Below, one piece after another: positions 22,701 through 29,170 of a stretch of 64,000 bases of DNA. The notes under the pieces are model-generated. The model was given only the letters and a program-made list of their open reading frames with translations, was not told the DNA's origin and made no database searches. Positions within the stretch are counted from its first letter, which is position 1, and every line of letters starts with the position of its first letter. Source of the stretch: an uncultured bacterium. GTDB lineage: Bacteria; Omnitrophota; Omnitrophia; Omnitrophales; Abzuiibacteriaceae. The stretch spans positions 64,001 to 128,000 of the forward strand of contig CAYLXA010000003.1 in assembly GCA_964387845.1 (NCBI GenBank). The letters are read 5' to 3'. The translations under genes were made by a program, and so were the position numbers.

Positions 22701-25700
22701 TTTTTTCGTTTAGAATCAAAACTGCGTCTTTTAAAAGAACTAAAATATTTAGCAGCGTTTTCTCCTGAAGATCGGATGTGTCTTCAGAACTCATCTTGGT
22801 GCCGATATCCAAAATCAACTTTTGATAAGCATATTGGAGCGCAACATCAGGATACACATTTTTTGTATTGATTAACCAGCTGGTTTCTTCTTGAAATCGA
22901 TCAAGAAGCTCTTGAAATGAATACTTATCCGGCATGTTGTCGACAGGCGCTTGATCAACTAATTGGTCAGCCGCTGATTGAAATGCGCTTGCTATTTGAT
23001 CGTTGTATTCTTTGATTTTCTCTTGATAGAGTTCCTCGGACATTCCTTCCATTTTAAAAGACTCGCCATAGCTCAAAAAACTCATCATCCGGTAGAGCGT
23101 GGAAAGGATTTCCCTATTTCGAGCCTTGATCTGTTTTTCTTCATCCGTGCCCTCGGTTCCCTTGAGAGATTCGATGGCATTATGGATATCTTTAACAATT
23201 CTAGGAATTGGCTGGCCGGCTTTTTCAAGCTGTGTATAAGCATTGGGGTGCGCATACAACTTAAACGCATCGAAATATGAGATTTTTTTGTCCTTCAAAG
23301 ATTCCATCACTAATTTTATTGAATCGGTGTTATATTTAAAAAATTGCCATGTGATTTCTAATGCTTTTGCATCACGCAGACGCCCTTTTTGCTTTAGATC
23401 CCGAATTCTAATTTGAAAATCGAAATTAAAAATATCTAGAATCGCTTTAAAATGTTGCACATCACGTTCGGCAGCTTCAGGGCTAAGAATGGCAGGCTGT
23501 TTAAATTTGCTGCTAAATTTTTCCAAACTCTCTCCTAGCGCTCTGCTCGACCACAAATAGTAAATCTGAAAACCAACGCTATTCACTTTTGATTTAATTT
23601 CTTCTTCAAGAAGATGATCCGCTCTTTTCCCTTCGCTTTCTATTTTTTCCAGAACAGAATCTTTCAATTCGTCTAAAACTTGCAGTAAATTTTTGTTCGA
23701 TTGGTCTTCTTCCAAAATCATCCTGTCTATCTTTTCTGAAAATTTTACCTTTTCGATTCTTATCTTTTCTTGAACATCTGGTTCTTCATCCAAATTCGAT
23801 CTCAACGAATAAGCAGCTGTAAAAAAGTCGTCTGCCTGGAAAAGCATCGTGGTGCCTCGAAATACACGCCGGGCCTGATTTTTATTGCCCTGCATCAGAA
23901 CGGTTCGAAGTTCTGATCTTTTTTCCGATTCGCCTTCGGCATCACTTGTTTTGCTTTTGGATTTTTTCTCTTCGATCATTTCTTCAATGAGATCCAGCAG
24001 ATCTGTTAGTTGAGGGGGCAAAACTCCTTCGATTGCGTCCATGCTCAGCCCTGTATTCGCAATCACTCTTGCGATTATTTCGAGAGCGCTGTTTCCTGTA
24101 GAAACCGGATTTGCATTTATAATTGCCGCTATTTCCTCGTCATTTACTGATTCTTCTTTCGGGTCAAAATAAGAAGCGATTCCGGATTGCGCAGCAGGTT
24201 TTTCGGATTTGTTTTCTGCTGCTTGAGGTTGGGTTTGCGGCTCTGCCGGCTGTGCTGATTTGGCTTTTTCAATGACGAGTTGAAAAAAAGCGTCTCTCTG
24301 GTTTTGCTTTATCGATTTGAATTGATCATTTATAAACTTAGCGAAGGTCGATCCTGCTCTTAAGGGAAATTTATTCACGCTCGGATTCCCTTGTTTATAT
24401 TCGCTTGCCAATGCGCCACTCTTGTTAGCGTCTGTGATAATTGTCCGCTCAATTTCTGTTAGGTTGCCTTCCTTCCCCTCGGCAAGTTTCACAACGCCGG
24501 AAAAAAATGCTTCCACGTTTGCCTGCTGCGTCATATCTGCCGGAACTCCCGCCGCCCAATCGATCAATTTTTGGATTTGCGAATTGACAGCCCGCAATTC
24601 AGAACGATCGTTCTTCTCAGATTGTTGAGAAGGTTGTATAGAAACTGCATACGAGGCCAATTTCGAATCATCAAAATATGCCCTATCAATAAACTTTTCA
24701 AAAGTGGCTTGCCAACCGTCAGGGTTGTAGTAATACTCGGGCAACGATTTTCCTGATTTTGCTTGCACTTCGGATGCAAACCTGAGCAAAGCTTGTTGGA
24801 TAGGAACAAGAAACCGGTTATCAAAATTCTCCGCCGCTGTCCCCGGATTATTTTTGTTGATCAACGCACGCGTATATCCCAATTGCAGCGTCATTAGTTT
24901 CAAAATGTATCTTGATTTTTTCCAGTTCTTATCATTTGCGGCATCACGAAATCTCGATGAATCATAATGAAGGCGCGTTAATGTTGCCGCAAGTGATTCC
25001 GGATATTGATCCCTGGAGACATAGCGGACTTTAAGCCAATCAGATGCAACATCATCTAAAAATACCGAAACAACTCTGTGGGGAGTTTGTTCAATAACAA
25101 CCGACTCTGGATCCTTGAAACCAACCACCCCATTCTCATAAGCAAGATGGCCGACTTCGTGATACACATGATAATCGCTTACCCATTCAAATAACCGTGC
25201 CCTGTCTTCCTTATTTCCAATCTCACCGTGGTGGATAATTTGATGCTGGAGCATTGCCATTCTGAGTGAAATTCGGAGTCTGCGATAAGTTTCGTCATAA
25301 ATTAACGAAAATCCTGTATTGTCAGCCATAGATTCCGAATCTTTCATTTCAGCCGAAAAATTGATAGAGGGTGTCTCTAAAAATTTCTTCAACTCTGCCG
25401 GTAACTTTTCATAACTCTCAGAGGTTCGGCTTATCATCAAAAACGAATCCAAAATCTCTTCCATACTTAAATTGAGCTTCTTGAGTTCGCGATAAATCAT
25501 GATTAGCATAGAAAAAATATTTTGGCTTAATTTGTCAGGAAATTTACTTGTTGAAGATGGGATATAAAGGAATGATGATTGACCGCCTCGATAGGCCGAA
25601 ATAATAACATCAATTGGCCTTGCAAAAAGCCATCTTGAAAAGTAAATAAGCATCACTTGTGTAAGTTTTTTGATTTGAGACAGGTTGGGAAATTCTGGTT

Positions 25701-27243
25701 GTAAACGCAATTCCGATCTGTGTGAAATTGGATCTGCAGAATTAAAATATTCCTGCGGATTAAAATCCGAATTAAAAACTTGAAGCGGATTTGAGATGGC
25801 GGAAGATTTTAGAAACTCTTCGAACTTGGGTTTTAGTTTCTCAAAAGTTGGTGTTTCACCGTTCATGCGTTCGTAATAGCGGTCGTAATCCGTTTCCGGA
25901 GAAACTTGCGGCGAAATCAAAACAAACGGAATGTTTTCCTTTCGGAATTTTTCGGTTAGGTCTTCGGCATGAAAACCGCCGGTGACGAGGATAATGCCGG
26001 AGCCCGGCGGTAAAGGGTAAGCGTTAGGCGTTAAGTCTGACTTATCGCTTAACGCGTAACGCTTAACGCTATTTAAGAATGCTTCATCGCGTCTTTTGCT
26101 GGTGGTATAAAACTGTTCAGCAACATTGAGTTTTTTCGGATCTAGTTTTCCTTTGAGAAATTTTGTAATTTCTTTTTTGTGCTGTTGGTAAAATAGAAAG
26201 TCTTCCGGAGTTGCCTGCAGCGAAACGAGCGCTTTAACGGATTTTAAATATTCGCCTTCTTCATGAAGCCCTTCCTCACCTTTTCCGGAAAACAAACGCT
26301 CACGGACACGGTCTTTGAAAAGACTAATTTCACGAAACAAATTTACAGCACCGATTTCGCGGCTGATTCTTTCAAATTCTTTCTTCTCATCTATTTTTTC
26401 GCCGGCTTTCACACCCGTTAAACTGCGCTCCAATAGAACAAGCGATATTAATTTCTCAATCTCATACAAATCCGAGCGCTTGACGCCTTCGTTGCGCCCA
26501 ATATTCGCTAAATGAGAGATCAGCGAAATTAATTCGCCGCGCTGTTCGTATAAGCCCGTTTTTGTTTCGAATTCGAGCAAGCGCTTGTTGTACGTTTTCT
26601 CTTTCGCTTCCTGATTTTCTTTAAAAAGAAAATGGACGGCGGGCAAAAGTTCTTTTTGCACTTCAAGTGCTTTTAAAAATTCCTTCCGGTTTGAATCATA
26701 AAGTGCCGCATCTTCGGCCCCGATTAACTCATAGGACTTGGGGTTTAAAACGGCTTCTGCTTCAATGCCGGTTAAAATAACCTGCTCAAGCCAAAATCGG
26801 GTGGCGAGTTCTTTTACTTTTTGGTTAGGATAATTACGAAATCTGAAAAGATCTGCAGTGCCGGATGCGCCCTCGGCTAAAATCGTGCGGACGCCGAATT
26901 TTTCCGATATAAGCCTTGCGATCTTCTGAATATTCTGCTGAGCGCCCAGGTTTGCGTGAGCATCTTGGATGTAAAAAACTATAGGGGCAAGGGTCATGGG
27001 TCCAGGGTCAAGGTTCGTTCCTTGACCCTTGCTACTTGCTACTTGACCCTTCGGAATAAAGACTTCCGAGACACGCCCCAGAGCTTCTGGAATTAAATTT
27101 CCAAAATCCTGTTGATTAGATATGGGTCTTTGGTAATCAAGAGGCGCTGCATGAGAGATGTCTGCCCAGATAAACGCCACGATTAGGACAAACGCAATAA
27201 TGCGGAGAGCCGGAGAATATTTTTTGTTTTGGGGGAAAAACAA
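10732..27243 (-). CDS. giant (5503 aa) membrane-anchored multidomain protein of unknown function
   Basis: Uninterrupted 16.5-kb ORF. TTG start preceded by SD gaggtg and an in-frame TGA just upstream. N-terminal hydrophobic anchor. Recognisable modules: PEP-utilizing phosphohistidine (GSPTEHWVIVGANYG) and TIM barrel (RTLD...ISIGTNDLLQQTFGRDREYGG...VSICGEMAG), asparaginase signature GGIILTHGTDTL, HEVGH, and tentative Tiki/ChaN-like N- and C-terminal domains. Confidence 0.8.
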   Translation of the reverse strand: MFFPQNKKYSPALRIIAFVLIVAFIWADISHAAPLDYQRPISNQQDFGNLIPEALGRVSEVFIPKGQVASSKGQGTNLDPGPMTLAPIVFYIQDAHANLGAQQNIQKIARLISEKFGVRTILAEGASGTADLFRFRNYPNQKVKELATRFWLEQVILTGIEAEAVLNPKSYELIGAEDAALYDSNRKEFLKALEVQKELLPAVHFLFKENQEAKEKTYNKRLLEFETKTGLYEQRGELISLISHLANIGRNEGVKRSDLYEIEKLISLVLLERSLTGVKAGEKIDEKKEFERISREIGAVNLFREISLFKDRVRERLFSGKGEEGLHEEGEYLKSVKALVSLQATPEDFLFYQQHKKEITKFLKGKLDPKKLNVAEQFYTTSKRRDEAFLNSVKRYALSDKSDLTPNAYPLPPGSGIILVTGGFHAEDLTEKFRKENIPFVLISPQVSPETDYDRYYERMNGETPTFEKLKPKFEEFLKSSAISNPLQVFNSDFNPQEYFNSADPISHRSELRLQPEFPNLSQIKKLTQVMLIYFSRWLFARPIDVIISAYRGGQSSFLYIPSSTSKFPDKLSQNIFSMLIMIYRELKKLNLSMEEILDSFLMISRTSESYEKLPAELKKFLETPSINFSAEMKDSESMADNTGFSLIYDETYRRLRISLRMAMLQHQIIHHGEIGNKEDRARLFEWVSDYHVYHEVGHLAYENGVVGFKDPESVVIEQTPHRVVSVFLDDVASDWLKVRYVSRDQYPESLAATLTRLHYDSSRFRDAANDKNWKKSRYILKLMTLQLGYTRALINKNNPGTAAENFDNRFLVPIQQALLRFASEVQAKSGKSLPEYYYNPDGWQATFEKFIDRAYFDDSKLASYAVSIQPSQQSEKNDRSELRAVNSQIQKLIDWAAGVPADMTQQANVEAFFSGVVKLAEGKEGNLTEIERTIITDANKSGALASEYKQGNPSVNKFPLRAGSTFAKFINDQFKSIKQNQRDAFFQLVIEKAKSAQPAEPQTQPQAAENKSEKPAAQSGIASYFDPKEESVNDEEIAAIINANPVSTGNSALEIIARVIANTGLSMDAIEGVLPPQLTDLLDLIEEMIEEKKSKSKTSDAEGESEKRSELRTVLMQGNKNQARRVFRGTTMLFQADDFFTAAYSLRSNLDEEPDVQEKIRIEKVKFSEKIDRMILEEDQSNKNLLQVLDELKDSVLEKIESEGKRADHLLEEEIKSKVNSVGFQIYYLWSSRALGESLEKFSSKFKQPAILSPEAAERDVQHFKAILDIFNFDFQIRIRDLKQKGRLRDAKALEITWQFFKYNTDSIKLVMESLKDKKISYFDAFKLYAHPNAYTQLEKAGQPIPRIVKDIHNAIESLKGTEGTDEEKQIKARNREILSTLYRMMSFLSYGESFKMEGMSEELYQEKIKEYNDQIASAFQSAADQLVDQAPVDNMPDKYSFQELLDRFQEETSWLINTKNVYPDVALQYAYQKLILDIGTKMSSEDTSDLQEKTLLNILVLLKDAVLILNEKMARQLVSDQQFTTDKVDHLVVILKVSKEQPYLAGAMNAPTLLSLKKAYPNLGAVVAEFGSPTEHWVIVGANYGILVLTALKAKLGKFADIKSGQIIYADGENGMLHANPSQKDAAEYEQKIVKEEAYLQLAKTLALEPVFAKKDSVASLLMEVSGSADALEHIQELSADTDGVRLYRTEVNFPTHFYRHESWEANIKEYEDDLTQILSQGRIILRGAFAVRTLDRQLDKPVSAISETNTKIGFDLYRDPTEGEPILRAQIRAAIRASIMAAEHFHAEGETGRESAVKVFVPMVQTEDDVIFVRTIFDQELEKFRHDLNRFRIKIPFGIMIETNKAIENLPVIAQKKYVDFISIGTNDLLQQTFGRDREYGGRLYTELLSTFLEKIETIIEHASAAGLEVSICGEMAGWRRFMLFLIYMKGKYANVPISVAVSPAVLAILKQLIRFTAYEDVESIFYDYKDWIPAERKWLDEIGKDSQKAYDAGAYENILNDTAVDMAREIELEIQETPSFQELYQQYFEIRQATKKSELRSDDALISQAKRIGTKRFVGRQLVSVGHGRTFTVVFDEDGNTESMHIRVESVPKQISRVRVESVGGSLVGIRSAWHRQKDLDKIQQIIGEKNQNDLKFDIKLNPSREDGFLIARGGEQTDLKIIARVKLITSRKLETSGDKDQRESYFLIQSIPGVRVLPVKNFNHKRMTERMFLDLVQSAKSKIKVPIFLWEHIINSFSQKTAQEFLISLATANIKKGSTKRNKKSNVESKLEVFFEPVRDITNTLLEKSKTDARLRFAVSEGLSRYFQSFYDLAMGLGKSHAIDVFKEKTRELIISIHEFYFDYHKNAAFETLERYKMTPSKGLPDIYRQLVEASYHLNKMASASQVFAFQSQFHGLGNLWGRFESRAWHAYLESEDSAERKIFHALSGLAENEQENHYERAIKEKAGLPSTIALKIPAFQYANEHSLRKVVRRLNRAINPRLRFEMVGNVGYRDYAIAMLLSVLGIGSKGWQLKKRLEWAREEYRRTRSREAIMDQVFPNEVVSNDETDRAGNIVHPNVTDLMYGNPLPGSNMYAASLIARTLIAIESDFAKNPSWDYDNKISRVLYAYEALLKHDVRIVLRRVIRKFDRGEYKIKDPKFENLVDYYRKVLESDELIEQLMPFQKPAPELVFLLLLWTDTLRQYDYLNNTIEYLIENDIFNQYRDEDGNITAKSIRPIYEKDPWIKGLRGPQRTIFNQIMFELGLLAPEDLFPESIGSAIQLLESVKSSEGTAPLILTDRDYPLERTAAMIRDLKQEFGGYAAIGRWRSSFTPVGETNLIYRGVMRMLEAYRREGRRIFEHGAASKRYSKDKERWFVETLEKVIEDIDRAIETSDDQSSLNLIDFHFSKASDREGLIGNEINSRLLHIVQKRITNDAEKDWPSERKKRRLSTKRKMSAGAADFQKRLEFHGERDKLFKKMLAAFSEELIAEIKPDSQPNFESIPAPIGEKFMQVLHQKFPDIPFMMDWHITFMERRPRETRAPIRIIATSKAMELLKDLKKITVDGQDLKIDYIPWKGELDRFAPIHRLRRWKEFDANVPAIFVNIGLRGVQLKKLPLPTFRQSIIGAWLLSYSQAYPRGSDPAKFYDRFLNSEPTQEQTEYVYRVMKTFIAETLNAAESKKSELRSLESMNMNSWKSANSRGNLLLSQITRSKTTYAAAAPQYAAFFSDAWFSDLDSFVLSKLIPASSDGEFDIETAFAGFEDLKNIGSEARKSFEILKKIFDGLTESENRDAYHKLREIQSRFEKFISDLGTASEIETVFSWLLEVDEGILSINQLANNPEKGRSEKLDEIRKIVGKFFRKEALPLILNLIVKSNENETVSFVRKTRSEKIIQRIQKIDELAKKFIEVESISALRQTALTALASENTAESRAKLEEQLKIASQSSAFLDAFLSDLKNSDLVRHFDSLVKLKKELDEFIDLMGTSDERNAFYSWLEGAHALTARIPPILQNRHLNTVLKKLDVLLSLLDIKNKESIFFESRTSPVYGRLHKDFKSLSGASDISIQQARINLFYETMMKVAVTVKTFLDDDSFKESQTSSKWGEAYWRLRSIYEDISTQVYKQWFKYYLGQAKAKLNQADHLVDQVEPELAEELIGQAKIDLEKAFEKLDKVFSRQIEMNRSTTLQIEFRDLALAEGHRLKLLKSMMDSSRRTHLLIEGQIGLIDKAVERSFEQSGALPVETQLMIIDLYLIFGLNRQAVERMHGNIRRSSMKAITKMRDSDTVRGMRFAGNTQKTILRYMLLHHLTGDADLENLFFKTIKEEDPQEISKLVDQIYSDEKYRDVTIRVGQVHEWLSEKLEPWQVEAMSEYTNHVGLDFESLFNSKNQLEVDHEMGAEVRKKIEEAILNRNPDQPFENLSVDQAALKEYLKFSVKEYLLPDTLLKDPDVLFKYKSGPNKGRIMAPLLIALILWEEIYTKSEGQSQDVVWHPRLGTTIGGARMGEALQHMIDRGLLFVPPTNPAFGGPRIASREVLVDTLEFAQLLHTPESEEGKEIRRILGPEIMLFEQFSIRLGLTTEQELELVKQEVLTEAKPSETEEQPLTGTIEETAEEMLPLRLSEMLKNIDSTPETASEAPQPEQQPPFVSEIERASPVDQWTIYALTPAIIESLFDPSLTYWDRIRIIVEARGITHITTSELFNQIQETYGHVHAVLSGSKQVKFTEVTRLVGKLARILNVTSDLIYGIRRETVLELNADPYPPHFADKFLPKNARQAAVTNRRLEIPRAIIGKTPLVDSFENSSVTQEPEPEKPIEFGSPEYKALLRARIHADLVMRLPYRVRKELYNKESRMPEIARLTGIELAPKIVDAPVKGGKGTKKKIVQNVTILKDAWENKTPDIDQYIKILPPFDMAKAVEKLFDYLKDSAFLRKALGVSPDRLEKILEIKDRIVELPEDQARELLELKKAKEELGVFEDSIATTNRVLKQLDEPNAEEPVEENVRSELRSGQSIAELQKELSGVSILNAGGTIDMIGEFARKTVDAVRVLLTHLKNTVFYKSVFDKNPDSTNIGPKEWEKIIDHIKDEISRKTTLAEEIKVSQREMGGIILTHGTDTLAETGLVLSLEFDGSLPTRIVLTGSSTVNEKEKILNLKAAEEVAKRTDIPNLVYVVIDSQIYLGSLISKIRTDSSSKGSLFASYGKAIGAVDSKGNISFDMDFLQTVSSKLANLEKQPKFHKNEEFGYVEHLLIDETTPALVLFQAGNRIERHAEQAGVRAGLVIQGDFSKNPEIEYIRATIQSLKRKKIPVVSNVSQSGAINIPYHMTFSKARTKLSWLLRAGVSFESLERELKRDFMGEAGGLWGRTDIPDWAQEKFQPNSFRQGREIVLAFPGIIPEVFIDASNRLLISGDSNKKELLVREFGDGNVPLENRSIQDILLTYLTRHHPDLADASFYELPFIDPEKDMDLERRLRQKISELSKDERIQISNLYQIENPRLLTNQLISEATKGQKFSNDAQRVLKIQEFIQENFPAWPRFGEVKTTDELIRILDEKFSDLTFLEQEEFFLKFPKYLARWIIKDALTNANPILKVISEIEDKSVQVKILTNAVFGRTNLQTYELGNMLMAVGADGQKSRGWKSALVRKDESRSELRTSDEALIEHIRNEFKDHFESRLDNSSFHLEHAVLNHAAGLHEGPSRILLGLTLPLIEAGVRYWIGEENNPANHFSSRITATTLFTIYETPIAIYLEAPKRLGITQAQLEAATKVIKEYLEDERVGDEVEQEADAARSHPDELEDFPEGAYRTQYLDRLKAVFGETQESRSELRREANQASIPSNVKGNIVISFEELKNRSELREAILADMSANPGSKIEFSVVASEFDNTFVAERAVEELFPNADIFGKQSGQRSRLQLYTRERLSVGRELSADQAYNILIDRLKHELNAKGDTTRIVAIGEHDLFSKLTRRDIPKVLGRPGAVEAAQLLIAHNDSFNFRSLGDVIDPSSEFISSLMHTLFSRAVLGKAA

Positions 27244-27252
27244 CCGCGCACC

Positions 27253-27313
27253 TCAAGATAAATTTAATAACCACAACTGCTAGTGGTTATTAGTACCAAA
27301 GTTTATCTTAAAG
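27253..27313. promoter_or_regulatory. nested palindrome in the giant-gene upstream / GH1 downstream region
   Basis: taataaccac-aactgcta-gtggttatta hairpin flanked by aagataaa/tttatctt arms; candidate terminator and/or operator. Confidence 0.3.
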
Positions 27314-27391
27314 TACCGGATATTTCAAGTTTATAACCGTTAATTTATTAGACTGTATAATAAAGATACAATTTTATCTGTAAAATATAGT

Positions 27392-28693
27392 CTATTTCGG
27401 GTCATTTAAGTTGATTTGATTAGATTGACACACTTTTGAATAATAACGGGCACTTTCGCGGATCCGGCGCTCTTGTGTCGTATAGTTCACATCGATCAAA
27501 CCAAAGCGCGGCCCGAAGCCATAAGCCCATTCAAAATTATCCAAAAGTGACCAATACAAATAACCGATTACCGGCACCTTTTTTTCGATAGCGCGCGAAA
27601 CTTCGACTAAATTGCGGTGAATAAAGAATTTCCTTTGCGTGTCATCATCCGTGCAAATTCCATTTTCCGTAACGATGACGGGAACTTCATAGCGCTTCAG
27701 CTGCAGCAGGATATCGAATAACCCTTTCGGATAAATTTCCCAACCCATTTTGTTCCGAGGGCCTGAAGATTCATGATGTTTAATCGAGCAGACATCCCCG
27801 AAAATTTCGGGGAAACCGAAACCGGCAAAGTGAACATAATCACGTGTGTAATAGTTAAGCCCCAGAAAATCAAAACTTTTCGGCAATGCAAGCGGCTCGC
27901 AATAAACCCCCGGGATAAATAAAAATCCGCGGTAAAGCGCGTCTGAGAACAAATGATTAAACATTTCGTTCCGGAGCCATGCGGATAACTTGTCGAACAT
28001 GGATTGAGGCCTGCACGGCGTCGCTACCATCATGTGCTGCGCAAAACCAACCTGCGGTTTTTTCATGCCGCGGCCTTTGGATGCTTCGTGAATTATTTTG
28101 TACGCACGCACATGCGCCAGCAGAAAATGTTTGAGGACTTTCAGCGCATTCCGGGATGAACGGCCTCCCGGCGGCCACTCACCGGTGATGTAGCTTAGAT
28201 AAATGTAAACCATCGGTTCGTTAATCGTAACCCAGTAAGTCACGTCTTTTCCGAATGCATGCACGCACCGCTTCACATATTCGCCGAAATAATCGACGGA
28301 ACGCGGATTCGTCCAGTCACCGATTTTGGAAAACCAGGTGGGATTCGTAAAATGATGCAGCGTCACGACGGGTTCGATGCCGCGGTCTTTGAGCGCTTTA
28401 ATCACTTGCGCATAGTGCGCAAATTCGGATTGATTCCAGTGGTGACGGGCAGGCTGCAGGCGGCTCCATTCGATAGAAAACCGGTGCGCATTGTGAGAAA
28501 TCTCTTTCGCCAGATCGAAATCGGATTCGAAGCGTGCGTAATGATCGCAGGCATCCAGCGAACGGGTTTTAACTTTATGCTCTTTTTCCCATTGCCACCA
28601 GTCGTTCAGGGTGTTATTGCCCTCAACCTGATGGGAAGAAGTGGCGGCGCCCCAGAGGAAATTTTTTGGAAATGTATAAACGTTTTCAGACAT
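27392..28693 (-). CDS. bglA: GH1 beta-glucosidase
   Basis: LWGAATSSHQVEGNN, TINEP acid/base and VTENG nucleophile motifs. Confidence 0.85.
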   Translation of the reverse strand: MSENVYTFPKNFLWGAATSSHQVEGNNTLNDWWQWEKEHKVKTRSLDACDHYARFESDFDLAKEISHNAHRFSIEWSRLQPARHHWNQSEFAHYAQVIKALKDRGIEPVVTLHHFTNPTWFSKIGDWTNPRSVDYFGEYVKRCVHAFGKDVTYWVTINEPMVYIYLSYITGEWPPGGRSSRNALKVLKHFLLAHVRAYKIIHEASKGRGMKKPQVGFAQHMMVATPCRPQSMFDKLSAWLRNEMFNHLFSDALYRGFLFIPGVYCEPLALPKSFDFLGLNYYTRDYVHFAGFGFPEIFGDVCSIKHHESSGPRNKMGWEIYPKGLFDILLQLKRYEVPVIVTENGICTDDDTQRKFFIHRNLVEVSRAIEKKVPVIGYLYWSLLDNFEWAYGFGPRFGLIDVNYTTQERRIRESARYYSKVCQSNQINLNDPK

Positions 28694-28760
28694 AGTGTGT
28701 GTTTCTCTATGGAGAAAACGGCTAAATGGGCCGGAAAATTAAGGGGTGATTCGCCGGGCG

Positions 28761-29108
28761 TTACCGGCTATGGCGGGCGTCTTCAATGCGCTGTTTCAGC
28801 ATGGTGTCGCTCGTCTGAAACTCTTCAAGCCGTTTGAGCCGTTGGATGCGGAAGTCTTCTAACAACTTGTCTTTCTCTTCCTGGCTGATCTCTGACCCCA
28901 TCTGTGCATGGACTTCTTTGCCTTCGTCGTACAATTCATCCAAAAACGATTTCCGGAGCTGGTCTTGTTCGGTTAACAGATCCTGAACTTCCTTTGGCTC
29001 CTGATTTCTGGGAACCGGCGCCGCATTTTCGGCCAAAAGAGGCGCGGGTAGCAAAAGGGCCGAAACAATCCATAGAACACTGATTTGCCTGAGGGTTATT
29101 TTTTTCAT
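28761..29108 (-). CDS. secreted coiled-coil protein, unknown function
   Basis: Signal peptide followed by a charged helical region. Confidence 0.4.
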   Translation of the reverse strand: MKKITLRQISVLWIVSALLLPAPLLAENAAPVPRNQEPKEVQDLLTEQDQLRKSFLDELYDEGKEVHAQMGSEISQEEKDKLLEDFRIQRLKRLEEFQTSDTMLKQRIEDARHSR

Positions 29109-29170
29109 AAACTTGCTACTATTCTAACTGATAACCCGCCTTTTGCAAGATTGCCAAAAATCACCGGATT

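Noticed and set aside
11099-26515. About 30 plus-strand ORFs of 60-150 aa inside the giant gene (e.g. 14912..15361, 18703..19146)
   Set aside because: All are antisense to a continuous, well-supported 5503-aa reading frame and have low-complexity, stop-avoiding composition; they are shadow ORFs
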